A DNA stretch of 64,000 bases from Syntrophales bacterium (GTDB taxonomy: Bacteria; Desulfobacterota; Syntrophia; Syntrophales; Fen-1087), in the NCBI GenBank assembly GCA_034678725.1, contig JAXDBM010000093.1, forward strand, positions 6,798 through 70,797. The letters are read 5' to 3'. Shown here in pieces: positions 49,719 through 62,696 of the stretch. Each line of letters opens with the position of its first letter. Positions within the stretch are counted from its first letter, which is position 1. A program made the translations under genes and the position numbers. The notes under the pieces were generated by a model, which did no database searches, was not told where the DNA came from, and was given only the letters and a program-made list of their open reading frames with translations.

Positions 49719-50090
49719 CTAACTCGGTCTCTTGGCTCCGTATTTCGACCTGCCCTGTTTTCTGTCCTGAACACCCACGGAATCCAGCGTCCCCCTGACG
49801 ATGTGATATCGGACACCCGGAAGATCCTTGACACGACCGCCTCTGACCAGTACCACTGAATGTTCTTGAAGATTGTGTCCCATTCCGGGTATGTAGGATG
49901 TTACTTCATAACCGCTGGTCAGACGCACTCGGGCCACTTTGCGCAATGCCGAATTGGGCTTTTTCGGTGTCGTTGTGTAAACCCTGACACATACCCCCCT
50001 GCGCTGCGGTGAACTGATGAGCGCAGGTGTTGCCGCCTTTTTCTGCATTTTGGCCCGACCCTTGCGAACCAGTTGATTTATTGTGGGCAT
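49719..50090 (-). CDS. rpsL: 30S ribosomal protein S12
   Basis: [18 protein letters not shown]...[11 protein letters not shown]. The track ORF is trimmed to ATG 50090. Confidence 0.98.
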   Translation of the reverse strand: MPTINQLVRKGRAKMQKKAATPALISSPQRRGVCVRVYTTTPKKPNSALRKVARVRLTSGYEVTSYIPGMGHNLQEHSVVLVRGGRVKDLPGVRYHIVRGTLDSVGVQDRKQGRSKYGAKRPS

Positions 50091-50152
50091 TCTTCCTCCC
50101 GAAAACCTTCGTAGCGATTCTTTTTCTGGATTAGCAAAAGGTGTGCTACATA

Positions 50153-53100
50153 TCAATTTGCTGTTTGTGTGTCAAGTACTTTCTCTTCCGTATTTTCATT
50201 TGTTTGCTGATCTTCAAGTTCTGCATTCTCGTCGGCGGTTGTCCGAACCCCGAGTTTACGGTAAATTGAAAGACCCGTGCCGGCCGGGATCAGCCGCCCC
50301 ATGATAACATTTTCTTTAAGCCCCCTTAAATAATCAACTTTACCCGCCAGAGAGGCTTCCGTCAGAACACGGGTTGTCTCCTGGAAGGAAGCCGCTGAAA
50401 TAAAGCTCTGGGTGCTGAGGGAAGCCTTTGTGATGCCCAGTAAAATGGGCTTTCCGATCGCCGGCTGACCGCTTTTTGCGATTACCCTCTCATTTTCTTC
50501 CTGAAAACGGTATCGCTCCACCTGCTCATCTGAAATGAACGATGTATCACCCGGTTCAACGACCTTGACGCGGCGCAGCATCTGGCGGACAATGACCTCC
50601 ATGTGCTTGTCATTGATCTTGACGCCCTGGAGCCGGTAGACCTCCTGGACCTCGTCGACCAAATAACGGGCCAGCTCCTTTTCGCCCTTGATGGTCAGCA
50701 AATCATGAGGATTGTTCACTCCGTCCATCAAAGCCTCGCCGGCCGCCACGCGATCCCCCTCCTGGACGCTGACGTGTTTGCCCTTCGGGATCAGGTATTC
50801 CTTTTCCTCTCCGCTGTCGGGGCTGATGATGATCTTTCTCTTCCCCTTGGCATCCTTGCCGTAGGATACCGTACCGTCAATCTCGCTGATCACGGCAAAC
50901 TCTTTCGGCTTGCGCGCTTCAAACAGCTCCGCGACCCTGGGAAGCCCTCCGGTGATGTCTTTGGTCTTGGTCGTCTCCCGGGGAATCTTCGCAAGAATGT
51001 CTCCGGCGCTGACGGTGTCTCCTTCTGACACGACGAGATTCGACCCGACAGGCAGCAAATGCCTGGCGACGGCGTTGCTCCCGGGAATCTTCGCCGTTTT
51101 GCCCTTGCTATCCTTGATGGAGACACGCGGACGCAGATCGGTCCCCCGAAATTCGACAATCACCTTTCGGGACAGGCCGGTTACCTCATCCAGCTGTTCC
51201 TGCATGGTTTTTCCCTCTGTGATGTCGCCGAATTTCACGGTTCCATCCACTTCAGCCAGAATTGGAATGGAGAAGGGGTCCCATTCGGCGATGAGATCGC
51301 CTTTTTTCAGAACACTTCCGTTCTTGACCTTCAGGTGCGCCCCGTAAGGGACAGGATATTTGCCTCGGCTCCTCTGCTGCTCATCCAGAACATGCACTTC
51401 TCCGTTCCGGTTCATCACCACCAGGTCCGCGCCTTTTGAAGTTGCGGATGATTCCATCTTGCTCTTCACCGCATTGATGTTGACGAACTTCACCTTGCCG
51501 TCATGTCGGGCCTGAAGGGTGGAGTGCTCTTCAAATTTTGCCGTACCACCGATGTGAAAGGTCCTCATGGTCAGCTGCGTACCGGGCTCTCCGATGGACT
51601 GGGCCGCGATGATTCCGACCGCCTCGCCGATGTTGACGAGATGCCCGTGCGCCAGATCGCGTCCATAGCACCTGGCACAGACGCCATGTTTCGATTTGCA
51701 GGTCAGCACAGAACGGATATTGACCTTCTCGATGCCCACCCGATCGATCTCATCGGCAAGGAACTCGTCGATGGCCTGATTGGCCTGAACGACAACCTCT
51801 CCTGTAAACGGGTCTCGAATCTCTTCCAGGGCAACCCGCCCCAGCACCCGCTCACCGGCCGTCTCAATGATTTCACCGCCCTCCATCAGTGCAGATACGT
51901 AAATGCCGTCAATCGTGCCGCAATCATCCTCACTGATAATGCAATCCTGCGCCACGTCGACCAACCTCCGCGTCAGATAACCGGAGTTGGCGGTCTTCAG
52001 AGCCGTATCCGCCAGTCCCTTGCGGGCACCATGTGTCGAAATAAAGTATTGAAGGACCGTCAGACCTTCCCGAAAATTCGCGGTAATGGGAGTTTCGATG
52101 ATCTCTCCGGAAGGTTTGGCCATGAGGCCTCTCATCCCCGCCAGCTGACGGATCTGTACCGCACTGCCTCTCGCGCCGGAATCTGCCATCATGTAAATGG
52201 GGTTAAAACTTTCGTCTTCCCTTTTCAAACCTTCCGTCGCTTCCCCGCCCTCCTGACCGATGCCGACCAGCATATCGGCGGCAATCTTCTCCGTTGCCTG
52301 GGCCCAGATGTCAATCACCTTGTTATACCGTTCTCCATCGGTGATAAGACCATCCATATACTGCTTCTGGATCTTCACCACTTCCTTGTCCGCCCGGTTC
52401 ACGATTTCCTTTTTGGTTTCCGGGATCACCATGTTGTCGATGGCGATGGAAGCTCCCGATATCGTTGCATACTTAAAGCCAAGATCTTTGAGTCGATCGG
52501 CCAGCAGGACTGTGGTTTTATCGCCACAGGAACGGTAACAGCGGTCAATCAGGTTGGACAGCTCCTTCTTGTTCATCACCCGATTAATGGCGTCAAAGGA
52601 GATCTCTTCGGGAATGATCTCGTAAAGAACGACACGGCCCACCGTCGTTTCCTTCAGGGCGCCGTCGATGCGTACTTTTATTTTGGCGTGCAGTTCCACA
52701 ACGCCGGCATCCAGCGCGGATCGAACCTCTCCGGGACCGGAAAAAACCATCCCTTCACCCCGCACGGAGGATCGGGCTCTCGTCAGATAATAGATACCCA
52801 GAACGATATCCTGACCCGGAATGATGATGGGTTTGCCATTGGCCGGCGACAGGATGTTGTTCGTCGACATCATCAGGACCCGTGCTTCGGTCTGGGCTTC
52901 AATGGAAAGGGGAACATGGACGGCCATCTGGTCTCCATCGAAATCGGCATTGAATGCCGTGCAGACCAGGGGATGAAGCTGAATTGCTTTGCCCTCGATG
53001 AGCACCGGTTCGAATGCCTGAATGCCCAACCGGTGGAGGGTCGGCGCCCGATTCAGCATGATGGGGTATTCGCAAACCACCTCGTCGAGCGCATCCCAGA

Positions 53101-54325
53101 CTTCCGCCGTTTCCCGCTCGACCATTTTTTTTGCGCTTTTCACCGTATTGACATAGCCTTTGTCCTGAAGCCGGTTGTACACAAAGGGCTTGAAGAGCTC
53201 GAGCGCCATTTTTTTCGGCAGGCCGCACTGGTGCAGGCGAAGATCCGGGCCGACCGTGATGACGGACCGCCCTGAATAATCCACCCGCTTGCCCAGCAGA
53301 TTCTGACGGAACCTTCCCTGTTTGCCCTTCAGCATGTCCGAAAGGGACCGAAGGGGGCGCTTGTTGGATCCTGTAATCGCCCTGCCCCGCCGGCCATTGT
53401 CGAAGAGGACATCGACGGCCTCCTGAAGCATTCGTTTTTCGTTCCGAATGATGATCTCAGGGGCATTCAATTCCTGCAGTCTTTTCAGGCGGTTGTTCCG
53501 GTTGATCACGCGCCGGTAGAGATCGTTCAGGTCCGATGTGGCGAAACGCCCTCCGTCCAGTGGAACCAGCGGCCTCAAATCGGGAGGAATGACCGGGAGG
53601 ACGGTCAGTATCATCCATTCGGGCTTGTTGGAAGATTTTCGCAGCGCTTCAACGACCTTCAGCCGCTTGACGAGCTTTTTGCGCTTGGTGTCGGAAACCG
53701 CCACCTTCAGTTCATCCCGCAGCTCTTTATCGAGTTCGACCAGATCGATTTCCGTAAGGAGCTTCCGGATCGCTTCCGCGCCGATACCGACCTCAAAGGC
53801 TTCCGCACCATACTGCTCTCTGAAATCGATCAACTCCTCTTCGGAAAGCAGCTGCTTCTTGCGCAACGGCGTTTCCCTAGGATTGAGCACAATCCAGGAC
53901 TCGAAATAGAGAACCTTTTCAAGCTCTTTCAACGTCAAGTCCATGACGTTTCCGATGCGGCTGGGAAGGCTCTTGAGAAACCAGATATGTGCGACCGGGG
54001 TGGCCAGCGTAATGTGGCCCATTCTTTCCCTGCGCACCTTTGACTGGATAACCTCCACGCCGCATTTCTCGCAAACAACGCCCCGGTGCTTCATCCGCTT
54101 GTAACGGCCGCACAGACATTCATAATCCTTCACGGGACCAAAAATCTTTGCACAGAACAGACCGTCCCGTTCCGGTTTGAAGGTCCGGTAGTTGATGGTC
54201 TCCGGTTTCTTGACTTCCCCTTTCGACCAGGAAAGGATCTTCTCCGGGGAGGCAATCCCCATCTTGATCAGATTGAAGCGGATGGGATCCTTTGGCTTTT
54301 CAAAATAACTGAACACATCTTCCAC
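50153..54325 (-). CDS. rpoC: DNA-directed RNA polymerase subunit beta' (GTG start)
   Basis: 1390 aa. It has a zinc-finger region ([20 protein letters not shown]) and the NADFDGD catalytic motif. An AAGGAG RBS lies 8 nt before GTG 54325. Confidence 0.99.
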   Translation of the reverse strand: MEDVFSYFEKPKDPIRFNLIKMGIASPEKILSWSKGEVKKPETINYRTFKPERDGLFCAKIFGPVKDYECLCGRYKRMKHRGVVCEKCGVEVIQSKVRRERMGHITLATPVAHIWFLKSLPSRIGNVMDLTLKELEKVLYFESWIVLNPRETPLRKKQLLSEEELIDFREQYGAEAFEVGIGAEAIRKLLTEIDLVELDKELRDELKVAVSDTKRKKLVKRLKVVEALRKSSNKPEWMILTVLPVIPPDLRPLVPLDGGRFATSDLNDLYRRVINRNNRLKRLQELNAPEIIIRNEKRMLQEAVDVLFDNGRRGRAITGSNKRPLRSLSDMLKGKQGRFRQNLLGKRVDYSGRSVITVGPDLRLHQCGLPKKMALELFKPFVYNRLQDKGYVNTVKSAKKMVERETAEVWDALDEVVCEYPIMLNRAPTLHRLGIQAFEPVLIEGKAIQLHPLVCTAFNADFDGDQMAVHVPLSIEAQTEARVLMMSTNNILSPANGKPIIIPGQDIVLGIYYLTRARSSVRGEGMVFSGPGEVRSALDAGVVELHAKIKVRIDGALKETTVGRVVLYEIIPEEISFDAINRVMNKKELSNLIDRCYRSCGDKTTVLLADRLKDLGFKYATISGASIAIDNMVIPETKKEIVNRADKEVVKIQKQYMDGLITDGERYNKVIDIWAQATEKIAADMLVGIGQEGGEATEGLKREDESFNPIYMMADSGARGSAVQIRQLAGMRGLMAKPSGEIIETPITANFREGLTVLQYFISTHGARKGLADTALKTANSGYLTRRLVDVAQDCIISEDDCGTIDGIYVSALMEGGEIIETAGERVLGRVALEEIRDPFTGEVVVQANQAIDEFLADEIDRVGIEKVNIRSVLTCKSKHGVCARCYGRDLAHGHLVNIGEAVGIIAAQSIGEPGTQLTMRTFHIGGTAKFEEHSTLQARHDGKVKFVNINAVKSKMESSATSKGADLVVMNRNGEVHVLDEQQRSRGKYPVPYGAHLKVKNGSVLKKGDLIAEWDPFSIPILAEVDGTVKFGDITEGKTMQEQLDEVTGLSRKVIVEFRGTDLRPRVSIKDSKGKTAKIPGSNAVARHLLPVGSNLVVSEGDTVSAGDILAKIPRETTKTKDITGGLPRVAELFEARKPKEFAVISEIDGTVSYGKDAKGKRKIIISPDSGEEKEYLIPKGKHVSVQEGDRVAAGEALMDGVNNPHDLLTIKGEKELARYLVDEVQEVYRLQGVKINDKHMEVIVRQMLRRVKVVEPGDTSFISDEQVERYRFQEENERVIAKSGQPAIGKPILLGITKASLSTQSFISAASFQETTRVLTEASLAGKVDYLRGLKENVIMGRLIPAGTGLSIYRKLGVRTTADENAELEDQQTNENTEEKVLDTQTAN

Positions 54326-54413
54326 GGATGTTTTCTCCTTTGGAAATCAAAAATTCAAAGCGTGACCCGAAAGCTCATTTCGATTCAGCGTTTCTCCGTT
54401 TTAATTTCTCAAA

Positions 54414-57400
54414 TCACTCCTCCTCGATCAGTTCCACATCAAGTCCCAGGCTCTGCAATTCCTTCACGAGAACATTAAAAGATTCCGGAAGTCCGGGCTC
54501 CAGAGTATGCTCCCCCTTCACAATGGCTTCATAAATTCGGGTCCTTCCCGCCACGTCATCGGATTTCACCGTCAGAAATTCCTGCAGCGAATAAGCGGCC
54601 CCGTAAGCCTCCATGGCCCAAACCTCCATCTCTCCCAGTCTCTGACCGCCGAATTGCGCCTTGCCGCCCAGCGGCTGTTGGGTCACCAGAGAATAAGGGC
54701 CGATGGATCTTGCGTGAATCTTGTTGTCGACCAGGTGATGGAGTTTCAGCATGTAGATCATACCCACAGTAATTTCCTGGTCAAAGGGCTCCCCGGTCCT
54801 GCCGTCATACAGTACGGTCTGTCCCGCTTCGGGGAGATTCGCAATCTTCAGCATGTCCTGGATTTCACTCTCATGGGCGCCTTCAAATACCGGCGTCGCC
54901 ACGGAAATGCCTTTTTTCAGTTTGCCGACGAACTTTTTGATTTCCGCTTCTGTGGCACCGTCCACAAAGCGGTTGCACTCGGGGGAAGCATAAAGCCGTT
55001 TCAGCTCTTTTTTCAGGGAATCCAAACTGTAATGCTTCTCCATCAGCGCGCTGATCTGCTCTCCCAGGCCTTTCGCCGCCCAGCCGAGATGGGTTTCGAG
55101 GATTTGACCCACGTTCATCCTGGATGGAACGCCCAGGGGATTCAGAATAATATCAACCGGCGTGCCATCGCTGAAATAGGGCATGTCTTCCTCAGGCAGG
55201 ATTCTGGACAAAACGCCCTTGTTTCCGTGGCGGCCGGCCATTTTATCCCCCACCGAAAGTTTTCGTTTGATGGCAATATAAACCTTGACCAGTTTGATGA
55301 CACCGGGCGGGAGCTCGTGACCCGCCTTCAGTTTCTCTTTTCTTTCCTCAAACAGGGCTTCCACAAACTCGACCTTCCGGGAAAGATTGGAAAGGAGGGC
55401 GTTGATTTTTTCCTCCGTCTGGATATCGTTCAGGATCGATATTTCTTTCCAGAGCGAAAAGGGGATTCGATCCAGGACCTCTTCCGTGAGAATGTCCCCT
55501 TTCTTCAGCAGATTTTTTTTCTTCTTCGGATCGACCAGCTTGGCCGCGGACATTTTGCCGACCAGCATGGCATGAACTTTATTCTTGACCGCCTCCGTGA
55601 CAATCTTGATCTCGTCGTCACGGTCTTTCTGAAGATGCGCCAGGGCTTCATCCTCGATAAACTGGGAGCGCGAATCCTTCTCGGACCCTTTCCGAATGAA
55701 AATTTTTGCGTCGATGACGGTCCCTTCTACGCCGGGAGGGACGCGCAGAGAGGTGTCCCGTACGTCACTGGCCTTTTCGCCAAATATGGCGCGCAGAAGT
55801 TTTTCCTCTGAAGACAACTGGGTCTCACCCTTCGGGGTGATCTTCCCGACCAGAATGTCGCCCGGTTTCAGGGCAACTCCCATCCGGACAATGCCGCTCT
55901 CATCCAGGTTTCTGAGGGCCTCCTCACCGACATTCGGGATGTCGCGGGTGATTTCCTCCTTTCCCAGTTTCGTATCCCGGGCCATGGTTTCAAATTCTTC
56001 GATATGGATCGAGGTATAGATATCATCCTTTACGATCCGTTCACTGACGAGGATGGAATCTTCATAGTTGTATCCCCCCCAGGACATGAACGCGACCATG
56101 ACGTTTCGGCCCAGGGCAAGCTCTCCATTGTCGGTTGCAGGTCCGTCGGCAATGATGTCCCCCTGATTCACCCGGTCTCCCGTATCCAAGATGGGTTTCT
56201 GGTTGAAGCAGGTGTCTTGATTGGAACGCTGGTACTTGGTGAGATTATAAATATCGACGCCGATGTCCAATCCGTCTTTTTCATTGCCGTCACATTTCAC
56301 CACGATCCTCGAAGCATCCACACTTTCTACGATGCCGGCACGTTTGGCGACGACGACCGCTCCCGAATCCCGGGCAACCACGGCTTCCATTCCAGTACCG
56401 ACGAGGGGGACAGCAGGCTTCATGAGGGGTACGGCCTGACGCTGCATGTTGGAACCCATCAGCGCGCGGTTGGCGTCATCGTGTTGCAGGAAGGGAATCA
56501 GCGTCGCTGCCACGCTCACCAGCTGGTTTGGCGACACATCCATCATATTGATGTCGTCCGGAATGACGGTGAGAAAATCCCCCCCCCTCCGCGCAGAGAT
56601 CAGTTCCTCAACGAAACGGCCATCCTTGTCGAGCGGCCTGTCCGCTTGCGCAATGATGAAATTCTCCTCTTCAATCGCCGTGAGATATCGGACTTCTCCG
56701 GTCACTCTGCCGTTCTGAACCACGCGGTAAGGTGTTTCGATGAAACCGAACTCGTTAACCCTCGCATAGGTGCTCAGCGACACAATCAGCCCGATGTTCG
56801 GCCCTTCCGGAGTCTCCACCGGACAGATTCGGCCATAATGCGTGGGGTGCACGTCCCGGACTTCAAATCCCGCCCGCTCCCGCGTCAACCCGCCGGGACC
56901 AAGGGCCGAAAGACGGCGTTTATGGGTTATTTCAGACAGGGGGTTGGTCTGGTCCATGAACTGTGACAGCTGGGAGGAACCAAAAAACTCATTGACCACT
57001 GCGGAAACCGGCTTCGCATTGATGAGGTCGTGGGGCATCATCGTTTCAATATCCTGGAGGCTCATCTTTTCCTTGATGGCCCGTTCCATCCGGACCAGGC
57101 CGATGCGGTACTGATTTTCGATCAGTTCCCCGACGGAGCGCACTCGACGGTTGCCGAGGTGGTCAATGTCGTCGACATTGCATTCGGCCACGCCATTCTT
57201 GAGGTCAATGAGATACTTGACGGCGGCCAGAATGTCCTCATTGCGGAGAATCGTCACCTCGGTCGGCACATCCAGGCGGAGTTTGTAGTTCATCTTGGCA
57301 CGCCCCACGTCGGAAAGATCATAACTCTCCGGTTCAAAGAAGAGGCTCCGGAAAAATGCACCGGCCGTTTCCGGGGTCGGCGGATTGCTGGGCCTCAGCC

Positions 57401-58505
57401 GCCGGTATATCTCAATGATCGCTTCCTCTTTCGTCTCCAGTCGGTCCGTTAACAGTGTATCCCGGATGGATGCGTTGTCCCGCTCATCATCAATGTGAAT
57501 GAAGCTGATCTCACGAATCCCCTTTTCCCGGATTCGAGCCAGTGCCTCCAGCGTCAATTCTTCGTTGCATCGCAACAACATTTCACCCGTTTCGGGTTCA
57601 ATGACATCGGAAGCCAGGATTTTCCCGAGCATATCGAGGTCACTGATCGCAATGTGCTCGATCTTGAGATCCAGCATCCGCTTCAAATGCGGCTTGGTAA
57701 TCTTTCTCCCCTTTTTGACGATCACCTCTCCTGTCTTTGACGCCTTGATGTCTTCAGGGGCTTTTTCACCGATGACGGAATCGTCAACAACCAGACGGGG
57801 TTCATCACCCTTGATCAATACGGTTTCGATTCCATAAAAGTAATGCAGCAATTGCTCTGTCGAGTACCCCATGGCCTTCAAGAGAATCGTTACCGGCATT
57901 TTTCGCCTTCTGTCGATCCTCACATAAAGGAGATCCTTGGAGTCAAATTCCAGGTCCAGCCAGGATCCCCGGATGGGAATGATGCGCGCGGAATAGATCA
58001 GCTTTCCGCTGGCAAGCGTTTTCCCTTTGTCATGGTCAAAAAAGATCCCGGGGGACCGGTGCAACTGGCTGACGATGACCCTTTCCGTGCCGTTGATCGT
58101 AAAGGTCCCGTTTTCCGTCATCAGGGGGATCTCGCCGAAATAGATTTCCTGTTCCTTGATGTCCCGGATTTGCTTCTGATCGGAACCAGGATCGCTGTCG
58201 AATACAACCAGACGGACGACAATCTTCAGGGGCGCCGCATAGGTCATCCCCTTCTGCACGCATTCCTTGAGGTCGTAGCGAACGTTCCCGATATTGTAGC
58301 TGACGAATTCCAGGGAACATTTCCGGCTGTAGTCTGAAATGGGGAATACACTCTTGAACGCTCCCTGGAGCCCGAAATTTCCCCGTTGGGACGGATCCAC
58401 ATCTTTCTGCAGGAACTTTTCGTAAGACTTGGTCTGAATGTCAATCAGATTGGGAATATCGACAATTTTCTTGATCCGACCAAAATTTTTTCTAAGCTCG
58501 CTCAT
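54414..58505 (-). CDS. rpoB: DNA-directed RNA polymerase subunit beta
   Basis: 1363 aa, [33 protein letters not shown]...[13 protein letters not shown]. Confidence 0.99.
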   Translation of the reverse strand: MSELRKNFGRIKKIVDIPNLIDIQTKSYEKFLQKDVDPSQRGNFGLQGAFKSVFPISDYSRKCSLEFVSYNIGNVRYDLKECVQKGMTYAAPLKIVVRLVVFDSDPGSDQKQIRDIKEQEIYFGEIPLMTENGTFTINGTERVIVSQLHRSPGIFFDHDKGKTLASGKLIYSARIIPIRGSWLDLEFDSKDLLYVRIDRRRKMPVTILLKAMGYSTEQLLHYFYGIETVLIKGDEPRLVVDDSVIGEKAPEDIKASKTGEVIVKKGRKITKPHLKRMLDLKIEHIAISDLDMLGKILASDVIEPETGEMLLRCNEELTLEALARIREKGIREISFIHIDDERDNASIRDTLLTDRLETKEEAIIEIYRRLRPSNPPTPETAGAFFRSLFFEPESYDLSDVGRAKMNYKLRLDVPTEVTILRNEDILAAVKYLIDLKNGVAECNVDDIDHLGNRRVRSVGELIENQYRIGLVRMERAIKEKMSLQDIETMMPHDLINAKPVSAVVNEFFGSSQLSQFMDQTNPLSEITHKRRLSALGPGGLTRERAGFEVRDVHPTHYGRICPVETPEGPNIGLIVSLSTYARVNEFGFIETPYRVVQNGRVTGEVRYLTAIEEENFIIAQADRPLDKDGRFVEELISARRGGDFLTVIPDDINMMDVSPNQLVSVAATLIPFLQHDDANRALMGSNMQRQAVPLMKPAVPLVGTGMEAVVARDSGAVVVAKRAGIVESVDASRIVVKCDGNEKDGLDIGVDIYNLTKYQRSNQDTCFNQKPILDTGDRVNQGDIIADGPATDNGELALGRNVMVAFMSWGGYNYEDSILVSERIVKDDIYTSIHIEEFETMARDTKLGKEEITRDIPNVGEEALRNLDESGIVRMGVALKPGDILVGKITPKGETQLSSEEKLLRAIFGEKASDVRDTSLRVPPGVEGTVIDAKIFIRKGSEKDSRSQFIEDEALAHLQKDRDDEIKIVTEAVKNKVHAMLVGKMSAAKLVDPKKKKNLLKKGDILTEEVLDRIPFSLWKEISILNDIQTEEKINALLSNLSRKVEFVEALFEERKEKLKAGHELPPGVIKLVKVYIAIKRKLSVGDKMAGRHGNKGVLSRILPEEDMPYFSDGTPVDIILNPLGVPSRMNVGQILETHLGWAAKGLGEQISALMEKHYSLDSLKKELKRLYASPECNRFVDGATEAEIKKFVGKLKKGISVATPVFEGAHESEIQDMLKIANLPEAGQTVLYDGRTGEPFDQEITVGMIYMLKLHHLVDNKIHARSIGPYSLVTQQPLGGKAQFGGQRLGEMEVWAMEAYGAAYSLQEFLTVKSDDVAGRTRIYEAIVKGEHTLEPGLPESFNVLVKELQSLGLDVELIEEE

Positions 58506-58584
58506 GGCATCCTTAAATTATGATTTGCTGCCTAAGACTTCTCGCGTTAAAGAGTGATCCTTTTCCCGCATGTCCAATGAAAAT

Positions 58585-58974
58585 TTATTTGATCTCGACG
58601 GTGCCGCCGACTTCTTCAATCTTTTTCTTGATATCGGCCGCCTCATCCTTGGATACCCCTTCTTTGATGGGTTTCGGAATTCCTTCGACCATATCCTTTG
58701 CCTCTTTAAGTCCCAGACCGGTAATTGCCCTCACGACTTTGATCACCTGGATCTTCTGGTCGCCGAATCCTGTCAGCATGACATCGAACTCCGTTTTTTC
58801 CTCCGCTGCGCTGGCCACCTCGGCGCCCGCTGATACAGAAGCCGCAACGGCAACCGGCGCCGCTGCCGACACACCGAATTTCGCTTCCAGTTCCTTGACC
58901 AGTTCGGAAAGCTCGAGAACGGTCATTCCCTCAATGAATTTCACGACATCTTCTTTTGTAATCTGGCTAGACAT
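58585..58974 (-). CDS. rplL: 50S ribosomal protein L7/L12
   Basis: 129 aa, ...[22 protein letters not shown]...[12 protein letters not shown]. Confidence 0.98.
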   Translation of the reverse strand: MSSQITKEDVVKFIEGMTVLELSELVKELEAKFGVSAAAPVAVAASVSAGAEVASAAEEKTEFDVMLTGFGDQKIQVIKVVRAITGLGLKEAKDMVEGIPKPIKEGVSKDEAADIKKKIEEVGGTVEIK

Positions 58975-59000
58975 ATGCTTTCATTCCTTCCTGTATTTTT

Positions 59001-59525
59001 TTAATTTGTCTTTTCTCTTTTCTGACGATAGGCTTCCAAAATCTGAACCATACTTCTCGGCACCGCACTGAGGACGCTCACGAACCCCGTCTGCACGCCG
59101 ACCAAGACCGAGAGAAGTTTCCCCAAGAGGACTTCACGGGAAGGCAGCATCGCCAGTTGGTTCAGCTGTTCCCCGGTGATGACCTTGCCATTCAGCATGC
59201 CTGCCCGGATTTCGAGGTCGGCATTTTTCTTGGCAAAGTCGACAAGGACTTTGGCAGTTTCCACCACATCGGTGTAGTTCAGTGCGATGGCCAGAGGACC
59301 TTTGAACTGCTCCTGCATTCCCGACAAGTCGGTCTCTTTTGACGCAATGCGAAGAAGGGTGTTTTTCACCACCCTGAATTCCGTGTCCGTCTTGCGGAGC
59401 GCATTTCTCAAGGTGGTGATCTTTTCCACATTCAAACCACTGCAGTTTGCAAGCACCGCCAGGTTAAAATGCTTCAGTTTTTCGTGTAGTTCGGCAACGA
59501 CCAGCTCTTTCGTTTTTCGATCCAA
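59001..59525 (-). CDS. rplJ: 50S ribosomal protein L10
   Basis: 174 aa. It lies upstream of rplL, and the MDRKTKELVVAELHEKL start is typical. Confidence 0.96.
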   Translation of the reverse strand: MDRKTKELVVAELHEKLKHFNLAVLANCSGLNVEKITTLRNALRKTDTEFRVVKNTLLRIASKETDLSGMQEQFKGPLAIALNYTDVVETAKVLVDFAKKNADLEIRAGMLNGKVITGEQLNQLAMLPSREVLLGKLLSVLVGVQTGFVSVLSAVPRSMVQILEAYRQKREKTN

Positions 59526-59770
59526 TCCCTAACCTCCTTTCATGAAATGACGATTACTCGTTTTCTCTTGACACGTTTCCGTTCCGAATCGTTATAAAGA
59601 AAGTCAGAGAACAGATCGGCATACAGGATTCATGAAAAACAACTGCTTTCGCCAGAATTTTTGTTTTCATCTCGGCAGGCCGAATCCGATCGTTTAAACC
59701 CATGTACCTGCTGTCTCAGACTTTTTCATCGATCCGACTGAACCGGACCTTTATTTGTTTTAATCCTTTT
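59526..59770 (-). promoter_or_regulatory. Long rplJ 5' leader; possibly an L10(L12)4 autoregulatory leader and/or an internal promoter
   Basis: A 245-nt non-coding gap lies between rplA and rplJ, where most genes in this cluster are 3-90 nt apart. L10-leader regulation at this position is established in other bacteria. I did not model a structure. Confidence 0.3.
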
Positions 59771-60475
59771 TCATATATTTCTGACTTCCAGCGGATCTAC
59801 TTTAATGCCGGGACCCATGGTCGTGGAAATCGATATGCTCTTTAAATAAGTCCCCTTGCTGGATGCCGGTTTCAACTTGATGATCGTTTCGATCAGAGCC
59901 GTCACATTCTCCAGGAGTTTTTCGGCGCCGAATGAGACTTTCCCGACAGGGCTGTGAACGATGCCGGCCTTCTCCACCCGAAACTCAACCTTGCCGGCCT
60001 TCAGTTCGTTGACGGCTTTCGCCACATCGAAGGTCACGGTTCCCACTTTCGGGTTTGGCATCAATCCCCGAGGCCCCAGAATCTTTCCCAGTTTTCCGAC
60101 ACTCCCCATCATGTCCGGTGTTGCGACCACACGGTCAAATTCAAGCCATCCAGTTTTGATCCTTTCGACAACGTCATCCGTGCCGATGATGTCGGCCCCG
60201 GCATCGACGGCTTCCTTTTCTTTTTCACCCTTGGCGAATACGAGCACCCGAACCGATTTTCCAAGACCATTGGGCAAGACCACGCTTCCCCGAACCATTT
60301 GGTCGGCATGGGCGGGATTGACTCCCAATCGAATGGCCGCGTCGACCGTTTCGTCAAACTTGGTCCGCGATGTCGCCACAACAAGATCCACGGCTTCTTT
60401 CAGTGTATGGCGTTTCCCCCGTTCAACTTTCTGCTTGGATTCCAGATAACTTTTTCCTCTTTTAAACATAGTCAA
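59771..60475 (-). CDS. rplA: 50S ribosomal protein L1
   Basis: 234 aa, ...[16 protein letters not shown]...GTVT.DV. Confidence 0.97.
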   Translation of the reverse strand: MTMFKRGKSYLESKQKVERGKRHTLKEAVDLVVATSRTKFDETVDAAIRLGVNPAHADQMVRGSVVLPNGLGKSVRVLVFAKGEKEKEAVDAGADIIGTDDVVERIKTGWLEFDRVVATPDMMGSVGKLGKILGPRGLMPNPKVGTVTFDVAKAVNELKAGKVEFRVEKAGIVHSPVGKVSFGAEKLLENVTALIETIIKLKPASSKGTYLKSISISTTMGPGIKVDPLEVRNI

Positions 60476-60592
60476 ACCTCTGATTCAATCATCCCGGCCG
60501 ACTCTTGAGACCGGGTTTCCTGAAAAGTAAAACTTGCCCCGAAGCATATTTTCACCCGATGGTTGCAGGTCTTTCGAAAATGCTTCATCTGA

Positions 60593-61018
60593 TTACGCCG
60601 TAATTTCGATCCCCATGGATTTAGCCGTTCCCTCGATAATCCGGATCGCACCGGAGATATCGACAGCGTTTAAATCATTGTATTTCAATTCGGCAATTTC
60701 CCGTACCTGTTTTGCCGTGACCGATCCGACCTTCTCTTTTTTCGGGTTGCCGGAGCCTTTTGCGATTTTTGCCGCCTGCTTGAGCAGAACCGACGCCGGA
60801 GGCGTCTTCGTCACAAACGTGAAGGACCGATCTGCATAGACCGTGATCACAACCGGGATGACCATACCCTCCTGGCTCTGCGTCATGGCATTGTAGGCCT
60901 TGCAGAATTCCATGATATTGACGCCATGCTGACCCAGTGCCGGCCCGATCGGCGGCGAAGGGGTCGCCTTGCCCGCCTTGATCTGCAGCTTGATGTTCGC
61001 GATTATCTTCTTTGCCAT
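60593..61018 (-). CDS. rplK: 50S ribosomal protein L11
   Basis: [40 protein letters not shown]. Confidence 0.98.
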   Translation of the reverse strand: MAKKIIANIKLQIKAGKATPSPPIGPALGQHGVNIMEFCKAYNAMTQSQEGMVIPVVITVYADRSFTFVTKTPPASVLLKQAAKIAKGSGNPKKEKVGSVTAKQVREIAELKYNDLNAVDISGAIRIIEGTAKSMGIEITA

Positions 61019-61111
61019 ATGATCACCTGCTCCCTATATTTTGACGCTTCCTTCGCGACAGTTAAATCGGGCCCGGATTCTGTCTGAATTCTTCTCACGC
61101 CCCGAAGGAGA

Positions 61112-61642
61112 TCAACTCTGAACAACTTGAATAAAATCCAATTCCACCGGCGTTGATCGGCCGAAAATGCTGACAATGACCCTCAATTTTCCTTTTTCAG
61201 GCTTGACTTCATCGATGATGCCGTCAAAATTGGTGAAGGGGCCGTCGATGATGCGCACATGATCACCTTCCTCGAACTTAAATTTCGGCTTCGGCTTTAA
61301 CGTCCCTTCGTCAATCCTGCTTTTCAGGAGATCCACATCCTTATCGGGAATAGGTGTCGGTTTGTCCCTGCCTCCAATGAATCCCGTAACCTTGGGGGTA
61401 TCCTTGACAAGATGCCAGGTGTTGTCATTCATTTCCATTCGAACCAGAATGTACCCTGGAAAAAACTTTCGCTTAGACGTCTTTTTTTCTCCGGAAACCA
61501 GTTCTACGATATCCTCCTCGGGAATCATAATATCCGAAAAAAAAGGCTGCATGCCCGCCGTGGCAATTCTTTCCTGCAGAGAAAGTTTCACCCTGTTTTC
61601 AAATCCGGAATAGGTGTGAACCACATACCACTTGAGAGCCAT
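61112..61642 (-). CDS. nusG: Transcription termination/antitermination factor NusG
   Basis: [19 protein letters not shown], plus a C-terminal KOW domain ([11 protein letters not shown]). Confidence 0.97.
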   Translation of the reverse strand: MALKWYVVHTYSGFENRVKLSLQERIATAGMQPFFSDIMIPEEDIVELVSGEKKTSKRKFFPGYILVRMEMNDNTWHLVKDTPKVTGFIGGRDKPTPIPDKDVDLLKSRIDEGTLKPKPKFKFEEGDHVRIIDGPFTNFDGIIDEVKPEKGKLRVIVSIFGRSTPVELDFIQVVQS

Positions 61643-61647
61643 CTGAT

Positions 61648-61863
61648 TTAACCCAGCGTTAGCCTGATGATTTTGCTGATGCCGAAATCAACAATACCCA
61701 GGAAGAGGGAGACAATGACGACCACGATAATGACAACGGATGTGGAAGCAAGGGTTTGTTTGGGTGTTGGCCAGGTAACCTTCTTCAGTTCGACCTTTGC
61801 TTCTTTCAGAAATATTTTTACTTTCTCGAACAGGACTCTTATCTTATCCATGAGAAAATCCAA
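61648..61863 (-). CDS. secE: Preprotein translocase subunit SecE
   Basis: 71 aa, ...ELKKVTWPTPKQTLASTSVVIIVVVIVSLFLG. It lies directly upstream of nusG. Confidence 0.93.
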   Translation of the reverse strand: MDFLMDKIRVLFEKVKIFLKEAKVELKKVTWPTPKQTLASTSVVIIVVVIVSLFLGIVDFGISKIIRLTLG

Positions 61864-61885
61864 TTCAAATCAATTTGAAGATAAT

Positions 61886-61962
61886 TGGCAGGCCAGGAGG
61901 GACTCGAACCCCCAGCATCCGGATTTGGAGTCCGGCGCTCTATCCATTAGAGCTACTGGCCT
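61886..61962 (-). tRNA. tRNA-Trp (anticodon CCA), 3' CCA encoded
   Basis: The minus strand reads AGGCCAGTAGCTCTAATGGATAGAGCGCCGGACTCCAAATCCGGATGCTGGGGGTTCGAGTCCCTCCTGGCCTGCCA. It folds by hand into a cloverleaf with a CUCCAAA anticodon loop. Confidence 0.93.
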
Positions 61963-61997
61963 GTTCCATGTTCATATCGGATCGAAGCGATCGGAAA

Positions 61998-62147
61998 TTA
62001 CTTGGTCTCCCGGTGAACCTTATGGGACCGGCAGAACTTGCAGTATTTTTTCAATTCCAAGCGATTCTGCATGGTCCGCTTGTTCTTTGTCGTCGTGTAA
62101 TTTCTCTGCTTGCATTCTGTGCAAGCCAACGTAATGATATTTCTCAT
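61998..62147 (-). CDS. rpmG: 50S ribosomal protein L33 (not in the ORF track; 49 aa)
   Basis: Hand translation gives [49 protein letters not shown] followed by a stop. Confidence 0.93.
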   Translation of the reverse strand: MRNIITLACTECKQRNYTTTKNKRTMQNRLELKKYCKFCRSHKVHRETK

Positions 62148-62169
62148 GATTATCCTCTTTTAAAAACAA

Positions 62170-62245
62170 TGGAGCCCACGACCAGGATTGAACTGGTGAC
62201 CTCATCCTTACCAAGGATGTGCTCTACCGACTGAGCTACGTGGGC
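62170..62245 (-). tRNA. tRNA-Thr (anticodon GGT), 3' CCA encoded
   Basis: GCCCACGTAGCTCAGTCGGTAGAGCACATCCTTGGTAAGGATGAGGTCACCAGTTCAATCCTGGTCGTGGGCTCCA. Confidence 0.95.
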
Positions 62246-62274
62246 TGATAAATCCTGCGCCTTCTTCAATTTAA

Positions 62275-62350
62275 TGGAGCGGGAAACGGGATTCGAACCC
62301 GCGACCCTCAGCTTGGAAGGCTGACGCTCTAGCCACTGAGCTACTCCCGC
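62275..62350 (-). tRNA. tRNA-Gly (anticodon TCC), 3' CCA encoded
   Basis: GCGGGAGTAGCTCAGTGGCTAGAGCGTCAGCCTTCCAAGCTGAGGGTCGCGGGTTCGAATCCCGTTTCCCGCTCCA. Confidence 0.93.
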
Positions 62351-62420
62351 TTATACATTGAGAACCAACGATTCACTGCCTCTGCATGGTCCATCTTCAG
62401 TCATGCATCGGATTAAAGCA

Positions 62421-62505
62421 TGGTGGAGGGGGGAGGATTCGAACCTCCGTAGGCTTCGCCGGCAGATTTACAGTCTGCTCCCTTTGGCCGCTCGGGAACC
62501 CCTCC
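62421..62505 (-). tRNA. tRNA-Tyr (anticodon GTA), long variable arm, 3' CCA encoded
   Basis: GGAGGGGTTCCCGAGCGGCCAAAGGGAGCAGACTGTAAATCTGCCGGCGAAGCCTACGGAGGTTCGAATCCTCCCCCCTCCACCA. Confidence 0.95.
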
Positions 62506-62523
62506 AGTCTTCGATATCGTAAC

Positions 62524-62599
62524 TGGAGCTGGCGATGGGACTCGAACCCGCAACCTGCTGATTACAAATCAGCTGCTCTACCTGTTGAGCTACGCCAGC
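62524..62599 (-). tRNA. tRNA-Thr (anticodon TGT), 3' CCA encoded
   Basis: GCTGGCGTAGCTCAACAGGTAGAGCAGCTGATTTGTAATCAGCAGGTTGCGGGTTCGAGTCCCATCGCCAGCTCCA. Confidence 0.95.
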
Positions 62600-62696
62600 C
62601 GTTAAATACACAACTTACCAAGATAATTAGCGAAACAACCATGACAAGGGCACAGTTTGCCACTGATTGCTCTTGTATGAATCGCGTGAATTTGTT

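Noticed and set aside
59526-59770. Tried to recognise a specific L10-leader fold in the 245-nt rplA-rplJ spacer
   Set aside because: I could not derive a convincing structure by eye. It is kept only as a low-confidence regulatory region based on position and length.
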